A DNA stretch of 25,605 nucleotides from Cyanobacteria bacterium P01_A01_bin.123 (GCA_039815185.1 JBCBZT010000080.1:1-25605); one strand, 5' to 3'. Positions 1-8,609 are shown, counted from the first letter of the stretch. The notes: generated by a model from the sequence alone, not told the origin. Translations and numbers: made by a program.

Positions 1-23
1 GATTCAAACATCGTAAAGGGGAG

Positions 24-74
24 TGGTAGATGCACCCTGATTAAAGTCTTAGCTCCGGCTAGGGCTTTTTTTTT
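24..74 (+). ncRNA. nsiR1: NsiR1-like small RNA, copy A (5' end approximate)
   Basis: Starts TGGTAGATGCACCCTGAT, matching the conserved 5' end of Nostoc NsiR1 as I recall it. Followed by hairpin AGTCTTAGC-TCCG-GCTAGGGCT and a T-run. Bases 1-46 are identical to 96-141. Confidence 0.8.
45..74 (+). terminator. Rho-independent terminator of sRNA copy A
   Basis: 9-bp stem with G-U pairs, 4-nt loop, T9 tail. Confidence 0.8.
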
Positions 75-83
75 ACCCATTCA

Positions 84-110
84 TCCGGAGCTGGTGATTC
101 AAACATCGTA
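84..110 (+). promoter_or_regulatory. DIF1-type (HetR-dependent) promoter: TCCGGA (84-89) - N18 - GTA (108-110)
   Basis: TCCGGA lies about 35 nt upstream of the predicted start (119/120), with GTA 18 nt further on. This is the arrangement of NsiR1/DIF1 promoters. Confidence 0.75.
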
Positions 111-118
111 AAGGGGAG

Positions 119-167
119 TGGTAGATGCACCCTGATTAAAGCTCTGGCTTCGGCTGGGGCTTTTTTT
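119..167 (+). ncRNA. nsiR1: NsiR1-like small RNA, copy B (last copy of the array)
   Basis: TGGTAGATGCACCCTGATTAAAG, then hairpin AGCTCTGGC-TTCG-GCTGGGGCT and T7. The repeat period is 95 bp. Stem substitutions relative to copy A preserve pairing. Confidence 0.82.
140..167 (+). terminator. Rho-independent terminator of sRNA copy B
   Basis: 9-bp stem, C(UUCG)G tetraloop, T7 tail. Confidence 0.85.
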
Positions 168-269
168 CTTTGCCCCTATCGTTTAAAGCACATCACAGTT
201 GTCTGATTCCAGTCATGGCGCTCCCAATCAAGCACAATAGGATTAACTAATGACTTTCCCCCTGTGGCG

Positions 270-875
270 ATGCCCATTCTAGAAGCCGACAAGATTTACC
301 TATTCAGTCAATTCGCTGAGTTTAACCAGCCGCCAGACGAAATCTTGGCTGAACTGGGTTATCAATGGACAATTCAACCCCTTTCCTTACCTAGCTACAG
401 CGTTCCTAATCTCTCCGAGTTCCAACACTCCTTAGAACGGCGTATTCAACTCACGCCCCTCACAAGTGAGCAGGCACGTCGAGAAACCTTGGTTTCTCCA
501 ATCTTGTTTCGAGTCGTTGAACAGTTGAATTTGCGCCTTAACATTGAGTATCCGGTTTCTGGTAAACGGAGCAGAGGCACCTTAGACTACCTAATTCGTG
601 GACAAAAAACTCTCCTAGTCATCGAAGCGAAACGTGACGATCTGACTCGTGGCTTTACTCAACTCGCGGTTGAAATGACTGAATTAGGAGACTGTTACGG
701 TGTGATTACCACAGGTAACATCTGGCAGTTTGCGCAACTGACGGGTACCTTGATTACCCAAGATCTGAATCTATATCGAGTGCCCACGGATTTATCAGAC
801 CTCATTAGCGCCCTACTTAGCATTCTCTCGAATCGCCAAGATATAGAGAACACTCACGAAATGATAATTTCGTAA
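270..875 (+). CDS. PD-(D/E)xK nuclease-fold protein (type I restriction HsdR N-terminal-like, common cyanobacterial hypothetical)
   Basis: Motifs SEQARRETLVSPIL, IEYP, GTLDYL...LLVIEAK, GFTQLAVEM, YGVITTGNIWQF. ATG at 270; GTG at 264 is an alternative start. Confidence 0.75.
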   Translation: MPILEADKIYLFSQFAEFNQPPDEILAELGYQWTIQPLSLPSYSVPNLSEFQHSLERRIQLTPLTSEQARRETLVSPILFRVVEQLNLRLNIEYPVSGKRSRGTLDYLIRGQKTLLVIEAKRDDLTRGFTQLAVEMTELGDCYGVITTGNIWQFAQLTGTLITQDLNLYRVPTDLSDLISALLSILSNRQDIENTHEMIIS

Positions 876-1351
876 TCGAGGCCATACGTTTGTCGCAAAT
901 TGCAGGTGTCGTGGTCGGTGATATTGGTATCACTCAGTTCTAGATTGAAAAAATCGATTTGATCCTGCTCAAATAGGGGGCCAGCGTGCCAGGTGCCGAC
1001 TGCGAGCTTGATGAAGCAGTTGCCAGGGATAGTAAAAGCTTGAATGGCGTCTACTTGAGGGCAGGGGGCTGCTCCAGGGGGCGCGACAGCCATCAGCCAG
1101 GACTGGCCGGCCATCGCGCCTAAACATTGGGTACAGCGCTGGTGTCGCGTAATTTTGTGAAAGCTCCGCCCCATGCGTTGCAGCTGCATGATGTAAAACC
1201 GGGGGGTGCCTTGGGATAGGTCTAGTTGAGCATCGTTGGTGTTAAAGGCTTTACCGTCTGAGTTTGGAAAAATCACCTGTCCAAACGGGGCAAAGTTATC
1301 GGTGCTAATGGGCTGAGCCCAGAGTTGCTTTTGGGTCGAGGTGGGAGCCAT
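854..1351 (-). CDS. Ureidoglycolate lyase/hydrolase (AllA-like cupin)
   Basis: FAPFGQVI, ITRHQRCTQCLG, FIKLAVGTWHAGPLF, FFNLELSDTN are typical of the cyanobacterial/plant-type family. Confidence 0.85.
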   Translation of the reverse strand: MAPTSTQKQLWAQPISTDNFAPFGQVIFPNSDGKAFNTNDAQLDLSQGTPRFYIMQLQRMGRSFHKITRHQRCTQCLGAMAGQSWLMAVAPPGAAPCPQVDAIQAFTIPGNCFIKLAVGTWHAGPLFEQDQIDFFNLELSDTNITDHDTCNLRQTYGLDYEIIIS

Positions 1352-1572
1352 GGCGATTGCAGTGAGAAGAATGTCAGAGCATTATAGCTTTGACCCCATT
1401 ACATTAGGTGGTGCTGCATATCGCTGTACCGTCGGGCAACAGAAGCCATACGCCTCACGGCTGCACAAGCATAACGGCAGTTGTCAGATCTTAGAAGACT
1501 GCAAAAAAAAGCCCCTCTGTCAAACACCTGTGCCATGCTAAAAAGTCATGCTGAGACAAAGGACGCGAACTC

Positions 1573-2724
1573 ATGGATGACAAATCAATGCTGATGATTC
1601 CGGGGCCTACCCCCGTTCCAGAACAGGTACTGCTGGCCCAAGCCAAGCATCCCATTGGCCATCGCAGCGGCGAATTTTCCCAAATCATTGCCGAGATCAA
1701 CACAGCCCTCAAATGGTTGCACCAAACCCAAAATGACGTGCTCGCGTTGGCCGCCAGCGGCACGGGGGCGATGGAAGCAGCCATCATTAACTTTTTGAGC
1801 CCAGGCGATCGCGTGTTGGTCGGCAGTAACGGCAAATTTGGCGATCGCTGGGCGAAGATCTGTCAAGCCTTTGGTCTCAACACTGAAGTGATTACGAGTG
1901 AGTGGGGTAAACCCCTTGATCCTGAAGCCTTTGGCAGTGCGCTCACCGCCGACACTGGCAAAGCCATCAAAGCAGTTATTATCACCCATAGTGAAACCTC
2001 CACCGGCGTTTTAAATCCCCTCCAAGCGATCGCCCAGCATGTCAAAGCCCACGGCGAAGCGTTGACCATTGTGGATGCAGTCACCAGTCTGGGGGCCTAC
2101 AATCTAGCCATTGACGAACTGGGGTTAGACGTGGTCGGCTCCGGTTCGCAAAAGGGCTATATGATTCCCCCAGGATTAGGCTTTGTGTCGGTTAGCGAAA
2201 AAGCCTGGGCCGCCTATGAAAAGGCGACGCTACCCAAGTTCTATTTCGACCTGAAAGCCTACAAGAAAGCGGCTGCCAAAAACAGCACCCCGTTTACGCC
2301 ACCCATCAATCTCTACTTTGCCCTGCATACGGCGCTGAAAATGATGCAAGCCGAAGGGTTAGACAGCATCTTTGCCCGCCACGATCGACAAAAGCGCGCT
2401 ACCCGTGCTGCGATGAAAGCCCTCGGTCTACCGCTATTTGCCAGTGATGAGGCCGCCAGTCCAGCGGTAACCGCCGTCATGCCCCAGTCAGTCGATGCCG
2501 AAAAAATTCGCTCGACTGTGAAAAAACGCTTTGACATCGCCCTCGCGGGTGGACAAGATCACCTCAAAGGCAAGATCTTCCGCATCGGTCATTTGGGCTT
2601 CATCAGCGATCGCGATATTTTAACCGTCGTCAGCGCTATCGAAGCCAGCTTGATTGAGCTGGGTGATGACACTGTCACGCCAGGGGCAGGCATTGCAGCA
2701 GCCAGTTGGGTGTTGGTTGGGTAA
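1573..2724 (+). CDS. Class V PLP-dependent aminotransferase (alanine/serine-glyoxylate aminotransferase family, 'soluble hydrogenase 42 kDa subunit')
   Basis: LMIPGPTP, SGTGAMEA, HSETSTGV, VDAVTS, SGSQKG (PLP lysine), FRIGHLG. Confidence 0.95.
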   Translation: MDDKSMLMIPGPTPVPEQVLLAQAKHPIGHRSGEFSQIIAEINTALKWLHQTQNDVLALAASGTGAMEAAIINFLSPGDRVLVGSNGKFGDRWAKICQAFGLNTEVITSEWGKPLDPEAFGSALTADTGKAIKAVIITHSETSTGVLNPLQAIAQHVKAHGEALTIVDAVTSLGAYNLAIDELGLDVVGSGSQKGYMIPPGLGFVSVSEKAWAAYEKATLPKFYFDLKAYKKAAAKNSTPFTPPINLYFALHTALKMMQAEGLDSIFARHDRQKRATRAAMKALGLPLFASDEAASPAVTAVMPQSVDAEKIRSTVKKRFDIALAGGQDHLKGKIFRIGHLGFISDRDILTVVSAIEASLIELGDDTVTPGAGIAAASWVLVG

Positions 2725-2757
2725 TTTAGGCGATCGGAAGGGCGCGATTAAGGATCC

Positions 2758-2787
2758 TGCGGACACGCCTTCGCGAACGTGTCCGTA
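2758..2787. terminator. Hairpin between convergent genes (possible bidirectional terminator or REP-like element)
   Basis: TGCGGACACG-CCTTCGCGAA-CGTGTCCGTA inverted repeat; no U-tract. Confidence 0.45.
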
Positions 2788-2813
2788 CAGAGGGGTATCT
2801 TACGCGTTGGCGA

Positions 2814-3635
2814 TCACGCTGGGCTGTTTAGGCCAATCGTTTCCCCCACAGGATCTTGATCTAGCAGAGATTCGAGTGAGCGCTGGAGGAGGAGGAACTG
2901 GGGGCTATAGCGATCGCGGAAAGCCAAGTCGGAGATATCAGTACGTTGAATGATACGACCGGGGCGATCGCCAATCACAATCAAATGCTGACCTAGCAAA
3001 ATGGCTTCTTCCACACTATGGGTCACCAGCACCATGGTGGTCGATAGTTCCCGCCATGTCGATAGCTCCTGCCATACAGAATACAAAAATGCCTGGAGGC
3101 GGCGGCGGAGTGGGATGTCTAGGGCTGAAAAGGGTTCATCTAACAGCAGTACGTCGGGGCGGATCGCCATTGCCCGGGCGATCGCGACCCGCTGCTTCAT
3201 CCCACCAGAAATCTGATGCGGGTAGAGCGTTTTGGCGTGGTCGAGGCCGACCATCTCAATCACATCCTTAACCCGTCGTTTATAGGCATGGGGTTTTTTG
3301 CCTCGAGCCTTAAACCCAAAGGCAATATTTTGCTCGACCGTTAGCCACGGATAGAGATTGTTCTCTTGGAACACCATACTGATTTTAGAGTTGATGCCCT
3401 GTAGGGGTTGCCCGTGGAATAATACCTTTCCTGCCGAGGGTGGGACGAATCCCCCCAGTAACTTGAGGAACGTAGATTTGCCACTGCCGGACTGACCTAA
3501 AATCGACACAAATCCACCCTGGGGAATATCCAAATTCAAGTTAGCGAGCACCGTTGCTTGGTTTTGCCCGCATTGTGGAAAGCTTTTATAGACGCTGTGA
3601 CACGATAGGATACTGTGCTGACTTTGCGGCATCAC
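2814..3635 (-). CDS. ABC transporter ATP-binding protein, NitT/TauT (NrtD/SsuB/TauB-like)
   Basis: Walker A GQSGSGKST, VFQE Q-loop, signature ISGGMKQR, LLLDEPFSALD, VTHSVEEA. Confidence 0.93.
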   Translation of the reverse strand: MMPQSQHSILSCHSVYKSFPQCGQNQATVLANLNLDIPQGGFVSILGQSGSGKSTFLKLLGGFVPPSAGKVLFHGQPLQGINSKISMVFQENNLYPWLTVEQNIAFGFKARGKKPHAYKRRVKDVIEMVGLDHAKTLYPHQISGGMKQRVAIARAMAIRPDVLLLDEPFSALDIPLRRRLQAFLYSVWQELSTWRELSTTMVLVTHSVEEAILLGQHLIVIGDRPGRIIQRTDISDLAFRDRYSPQFLLLQRSLESLLDQDPVGETIGLNSPA

Positions 3636-4463
3636 CTAGACCTTCCACCAAAAATATCGCCTTTGAATCCAAAGCAGCAGCCGATCCACAGCAAATCCCG
3701 TCAAGCCAATGACGCAGATCCCCAGCAAAATCAAATCGCTATTGAACAAATTACGCCCCATCATAATCACGGCGCCTAATCCATCCCGGAGTCCAGTCAT
3801 TTCTGCTGCCAGAACAGCCATCCATGCCGCAATAAAATTGAGCCGCAGTAGGGTAAACACGCCAGGCAGCACCGCAGGAATAATCACCATTCGCCAAGTG
3901 TTGAACTTGCTAGCCCCCAAATTAGTAGCGGTCACAATCAAGTTAGCCGGAATTCGTTTAATTTCAGCAACGGTGGCAATGGTAAGCGTAAAAAAGACCC
4001 CCATAAACACAATAAAAATAGCTGTCACATTGCCAATCCCAAACACCACTAGCGCAACGGGGACCCAGGCGATCGGGGCAATTGGCGCAATCATACCCAG
4101 GATGGGCAAGATAAAAAGTTCCGACCACTTAGACAAGCTGATCAGTAAGCCGCAGATCAGTGAACCCATGAAGGCTACCGCCATTCCCAAACACACGCGT
4201 ATCAATGTGATCGAAATAGACACGTAAATTAAGGAGGACTGAGACCCCAAACCCACCCTAAATTTGCTTTCAAACAAAACGGGTAAAAACTGAGAAGGCG
4301 GAGGCAATACTTGGGTAATGGGCATCGTCGGATGGGCTCCAAGCCATTCCCACAGCAGCACCAACAGTGTGCATGAAATCATGCCACAACCAATGGGCAG
4401 CAAAGACTTTTGCCATCTGGGCCAGAACTGGCTGACTTGGGGCAAGTTGATTAGATTGCTCAT
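3636..4463 (-). CDS. ABC transporter permease, NitT/TauT (SsuC/TauC-like)
   Basis: Multiple TM segments; LPPPS, PIAPIAW, EAA-like loop ATNLGAS, AAEM..GLG. ATG at 4463; the ORF extends to TTG at 4487. Confidence 0.92.
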   Translation of the reverse strand: MSNLINLPQVSQFWPRWQKSLLPIGCGMISCTLLVLLWEWLGAHPTMPITQVLPPPSQFLPVLFESKFRVGLGSQSSLIYVSISITLIRVCLGMAVAFMGSLICGLLISLSKWSELFILPILGMIAPIAPIAWVPVALVVFGIGNVTAIFIVFMGVFFTLTIATVAEIKRIPANLIVTATNLGASKFNTWRMVIIPAVLPGVFTLLRLNFIAAWMAVLAAEMTGLRDGLGAVIMMGRNLFNSDLILLGICVIGLTGFAVDRLLLWIQRRYFWWKV

Positions 4464-4531
4464 GGCTTTGAGTCTCAATGCAAACAATTTAGGCTGGGTG
4501 GTTGATGGATCGAGATTGCCTCTTGGATGAT

Positions 4532-5545
4532 TTAGGGTTCCAGCTGTTGAATCAACGTTGTGTCAAAAATATTGCTGGCGGGTACGTTTGCTTTGATGTA
4601 TTCCAAATCCACCATGGCATCTACCACGCCCTGAATCGCTTCTAAGTCAGGGGTAAAGGTAATCGGAGCGGGTTGGGTTTCAAACGCAGTTAGCAGGACA
4701 TCATCATCTACTCGGTAATAGTTGCCGTCTTTTAGGAGGGCGATCGCCGCCTCTGGTTCATCATTAATAATTTCAGCAGCACACTGGAGACCTTTGAGAT
4801 AAGCTTCCACAACCTCGGGCCGATTGGTCAGCGTTTTCTCCAAAACGCTGACCACTGTATTGGGGGTTGTGGGCGACCACACTGCCGCATTATCGGTCAA
4901 CACTACTGCTTCGCCACTGGTCACAAACTGGGTCGTGTAGGGCTTGATGTGGCTCAAAATATCGACGTCACCCAGGCGGAATGCTTCTACCATGGCCAGC
5001 AAGTCGTCAAAATAGACCATTTCAAAGTCGTCGATAGAGAGACCAGCTTGTTCAAACCCGTCCACTAAAATCAGTTCTAGGGTATCGCCACGTAGGGTGG
5101 CAATTTTTAGCTTTTCGTCCCCATCGGCCACATGGGCAGCTAATTCATCTAAAGAAGCGACATCGTAATTCTCTTTAATAATCACCTGCATCACACCCCA
5201 ACCACCCGCTGCTGCAATGGTTTGAATCGGCACGCCACTATTAGCCGCAAAAAAGGGCAGGGTAAATGGATTGGTACTAAAATCGATGCTGCCCCCGGCC
5301 AGGGCAGCGTTGTTGTCTCCAGGATTGCTAAAAAATACGGTTTCGACTGCTAGGCCGTTGTCTGCAAAGCATCCGGACTCGACACCCACAAAGAGTGGAG
5401 CCATATCTAGGGCGACTAGATGCCCTGCTTTAACCGGAATCAAATCGTTTGATGATGAGATCTGGGGCGTATTGGACACTGCTACGCCACAGCCGACAAG
5501 CATTGTACTCGCCAATGAAAAAACAACAGTTGGTTTGCCCCACAT
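4532..5545 (-). CDS. ABC substrate-binding lipoprotein, SsuA/NMT1-THI5-like
   Basis: Lipobox LVGC; APLFVG..GCF..NGL; ALAGGSIDF; NRPEVVEAYLKG; AGGAG RBS upstream; first gene of the ABC operon. Confidence 0.9.
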   Translation of the reverse strand: MWGKPTVVFSLASTMLVGCGVAVSNTPQISSSNDLIPVKAGHLVALDMAPLFVGVESGCFADNGLAVETVFFSNPGDNNAALAGGSIDFSTNPFTLPFFAANSGVPIQTIAAAGGWGVMQVIIKENYDVASLDELAAHVADGDEKLKIATLRGDTLELILVDGFEQAGLSIDDFEMVYFDDLLAMVEAFRLGDVDILSHIKPYTTQFVTSGEAVVLTDNAAVWSPTTPNTVVSVLEKTLTNRPEVVEAYLKGLQCAAEIINDEPEAAIALLKDGNYYRVDDDVLLTAFETQPAPITFTPDLEAIQGVVDAMVDLEYIKANVPASNIFDTTLIQQLEP

Positions 5546-5819
5546 AGATGCTTATTCTCCTGGTTTAACGATAGTGTGACTGGCTAATGGGTGTGTTTAG
5601 TTCAGCGTGTTGCCACTGGAGAGTCCCCAGAACGCAAATTAGTGTTGAAGCCACGGGTATATGAAATACCCCGAATCTATTTCCAGAGTTCCCGGGGCGG
5701 AGGGTTGATTATCTGCTACCGCCTGTCGCAGGCCACGCTGGTTCGGGAATGCTAACAGGGTGACAACGGTTCCTAGCTGATCATGCAAGGGCAGCTAGGG
5801 CATCAAGAGACTAGGTGCT

Positions 5820-8609
5820 ATGACGACCCCTGAACCCATTCGTGTCGGTATTCTCCATTCCTTAACTGGAACCATGGCCATGAGTGAAACACCGCTCAAA
5901 GATGCGGAACTCATGGCGATCGCAGAAATTAACGCCGCCGGAGGCGTCCTGGGTCGCCCGGTCGAAGCCATTGTCGAAGACGGTGCGTCCAATCCCGAGA
6001 CCTTTGCCCACAGAGCTCAAAAACTGTTGAGAACTGACAAAGTATCCACGGTGTTTGGCTGTTGGACATCTCCCAGCCGCAAACTGGTGCTGCCCGTTTT
6101 CGAACATCACAATGGGTTGCTGTGGTATCCCGTCCAGTACGAAGGGTTAGAGCAGTCCAAAAATATTTTTTACACCGGGCTCTGTCTCAACCAGCAAATT
6201 GAGCCTGCTGTGGACTGGTTGCTGAGTCAGGGACGCACTCGGTTTTATCTAGTCGGATCCGATAATGTGTTTCCCCGCACGGCTAATAAAATGATTCGGG
6301 CTCACCTAAAGCAGGGGGGCGGCACCGTCGTGGGTGAAGAAGAATATATCCTGTTTGGCAATCAAGATTTTGACTATACCCTGGGAGAAATCCAGCGGCT
6401 CAAACCCGACGTGGTGTTTAGTACCATCAACGGCGATAGCAATTTGGGCTTTTATGCCCAATACAAAGCAGCGGGGATTGAACCCAGTGAAATCCCAATC
6501 ATGGCGGTCAGCATTGCCGAAGCTGAAATCCAACGTATTGGCCCAGAATACACCCAAGGGCACTATGCGGCGTGGAGCTATTTTCAAGGGGTAGAAACGT
6601 CTCAGAACCAAACATTTCTGAAAAATTTTCAGCGAATTTATGGACGCGATCGCGTCCTAGGCGACCCGATTCAGTGTGGATATTTGCAGGTGTATCTCTG
6701 GGCTATGGCTGTGGAAAAAGCCCAGTCCACTGCCGTTGATGAGGTGCGAGAAGCAGCCTACGGTATCACCTTTGATGCACCAGAGGGGCAAGTCAAAATC
6801 GAGCGCAATCACCACCTGCTAAAAACACCCCGGATCGGGCAAAGTCAGCCCGATGGACAATTTAAGATTGTCCACGAACATAACCAGCCTGCGAATCCCC
6901 AGCCCTGGCTCGGCATCGATGAGACCGATCACCCCAATGCCCAGCTGGTGGTCAACATGCTGGGGGAAGTGGCCCAATCGATTCAGTACAGTTGTCAACT
7001 GACTCAAAAATCCCATGCGTTAGAAAACACCATGGCCGATTTGATGCAGGTCAACCAAGAACTCCAACAGACCCAGTCTCAACTGATCGAAATAGCCCAT
7101 CGAGAGGATTTGCTCAAGCGTCGCCTATCGATGCAAATTCGCAGTTCTTTCAAACTTGACACCATCCTAGAATCGGCAGTTCAAGAAGTGTGTGATGTGC
7201 TGCAAGTCGATCAGTGTACGTTCCTGTGGTACCGCTCAGAGACTGAAACATTTGAGGTCAATCATGTAGCCCGTGCCAATAGCATTCAGCCCCATCCACT
7301 GGTCGATACCCTTTGGAATCAGCCTCCGGTCAGAACGGCTATTCTTGAGCAAACTTTATTCCATACTGAAAATTTGTGGAGCATGGCTGACCTAGTTATC
7401 TCCCCCAAAGACTATCCAACAGACGCTACCTTAGCCTGCCTAGCAACGACCATCACAACCAATTCCGACCGTTTAGGTATCCTTGCCTGCGAACACTACA
7501 GCACTGCTCATATCTGGCATGAAAGCGAAATCGGTTTAATCCAAGAGGTGGCAGACCAACTGGCGATCGCGATCGAACAGGCCGATCTCTATCAGCAAAG
7601 CCGCGTGTCCGAAGCGTTAGCGCTAGACCAAGCTAGACAGCTCAACCAAACCCTACAAGAGCTACAAAAGACCCAAGCTCAGATGGTGCAAAGTGAAAAA
7701 ATGTCGAGCTTGGGACAACTGGTCGCTGGGGTTGCCCACGAAATTAACAACCCAGTGAACTTCATCTACGGCAATCTATCGCACGCCGATGAATATATTC
7801 ACGATTTGCTTGAGTTGATTACGCTCTATCAAGAACAGTTTCCGAAAAGCACGCCAGCGCTGGAAGACCGGATTGACGAGATTGATTTAGAATTCCTCAA
7901 AGCAGACTTACCTAAGCTACTAGATTCGATGCATGTTGGCACCGAGCGCATCCGCGAGATCGTTAAATCGCTGCGCACGTTCTCTCGCCTAGATGAAGCA
8001 GCGGTGAAAGCGGTAAACATCCATGACGGGATCGACAGTACCTTGATGATTTTGCACAATCGGATCAAAGCCAGATCTGATCGGCCTGAAATTATGGTCA
8101 CCAAAGACTACAGCGAGCTACCTTTGGTTGAATGTAATGGGGGCCAGATGAATCAGGTATTTATGAACCTGCTGGCCAATGCGATTGATGCTTTAGAAGA
8201 GTATTTTGAGGCATGCCAACAACGAGGCGATCGCGACTATAGACCCACCATTACAATCCGCACCTATGTTGTCGATGCCAACCATGTCAACATTAGCTTT
8301 GCAGATAATGGCCCTGGTATTCCCGAAACGGTTAAAGCTAGCCTATTCGATCCGTTCTTCACGACTAAACCCATCGGCCAAGGCACGGGGCTAGGACTCT
8401 CTATTAGCCACCAGGTCGTCACCGAAAAACACAATGGTCATTTGGCGTGTCATTCCAATACCAATCAAGGGACTGAATTTGTGATTACGCTGCCCGTACA
8501 GCATGAGCTAATCGATAGGGGTGATCAATCCGGCGAATTTCAGAAAACCGCTGCCCCCCAAGTCACAAACGTCCCTGAAACGATACACCCCTTATCCCAC
8601 TCCTGCTAA
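5820..8609 (+). CDS. Soluble sensor histidine kinase: UrtA/AmiC-like amide/urea-binding domain + coiled coil + GAF + HisKA + HATPase
   Basis: N-terminal VGILHSLTGTMAMSE, FGCWTSPSRK, LLWYPVQYEGLEQS (UrtA/FmdD). H-box AHEINNP, N-box NQVFMNLLANAIDA, DNGPGI, FDPFFTTK, GTGLGLS. No signal peptide or TM helix. Confidence 0.92.
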   Translation: MTTPEPIRVGILHSLTGTMAMSETPLKDAELMAIAEINAAGGVLGRPVEAIVEDGASNPETFAHRAQKLLRTDKVSTVFGCWTSPSRKLVLPVFEHHNGLLWYPVQYEGLEQSKNIFYTGLCLNQQIEPAVDWLLSQGRTRFYLVGSDNVFPRTANKMIRAHLKQGGGTVVGEEEYILFGNQDFDYTLGEIQRLKPDVVFSTINGDSNLGFYAQYKAAGIEPSEIPIMAVSIAEAEIQRIGPEYTQGHYAAWSYFQGVETSQNQTFLKNFQRIYGRDRVLGDPIQCGYLQVYLWAMAVEKAQSTAVDEVREAAYGITFDAPEGQVKIERNHHLLKTPRIGQSQPDGQFKIVHEHNQPANPQPWLGIDETDHPNAQLVVNMLGEVAQSIQYSCQLTQKSHALENTMADLMQVNQELQQTQSQLIEIAHREDLLKRRLSMQIRSSFKLDTILESAVQEVCDVLQVDQCTFLWYRSETETFEVNHVARANSIQPHPLVDTLWNQPPVRTAILEQTLFHTENLWSMADLVISPKDYPTDATLACLATTITTNSDRLGILACEHYSTAHIWHESEIGLIQEVADQLAIAIEQADLYQQSRVSEALALDQARQLNQTLQELQKTQAQMVQSEKMSSLGQLVAGVAHEINNPVNFIYGNLSHADEYIHDLLELITLYQEQFPKSTPALEDRIDEIDLEFLKADLPKLLDSMHVGTERIREIVKSLRTFSRLDEAAVKAVNIHDGIDSTLMILHNRIKARSDRPEIMVTKDYSELPLVECNGGQMNQVFMNLLANAIDALEEYFEACQQRGDRDYRPTITIRTYVVDANHVNISFADNGPGIPETVKASLFDPFFTTKPIGQGTGLGLSISHQVVTEKHNGHLACHSNTNQGTEFVITLPVQHELIDRGDQSGEFQKTAAPQVTNVPETIHPLSHSC

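Noticed and set aside
1..170. CRISPR array or tRNA/attachment-site duplication
   Set aside because: The segment between repeats is a conserved terminator plus promoter rather than a unique spacer. There is no cloverleaf, CCA end or cas gene.
1341..2953. Short alternative-frame ORFs around the aminotransferase (and similar ones inside other long genes)
   Set aside because: They are shadow ORFs overlapping well-supported genes and have no recognisable motifs.
4617..4626. 10-nt complement of the NsiR1 seed (GCATCTACCA)
   Set aside because: It lies on the non-coding strand of the SBP gene, so the mRNA could not pair with the sRNA; probably chance.
5657..5669. NtcA site GTA...TAC upstream of the ABC operon
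   Set aside because: Spacing is N7 (GTA-TATGAAA-TAC), not the required N8.
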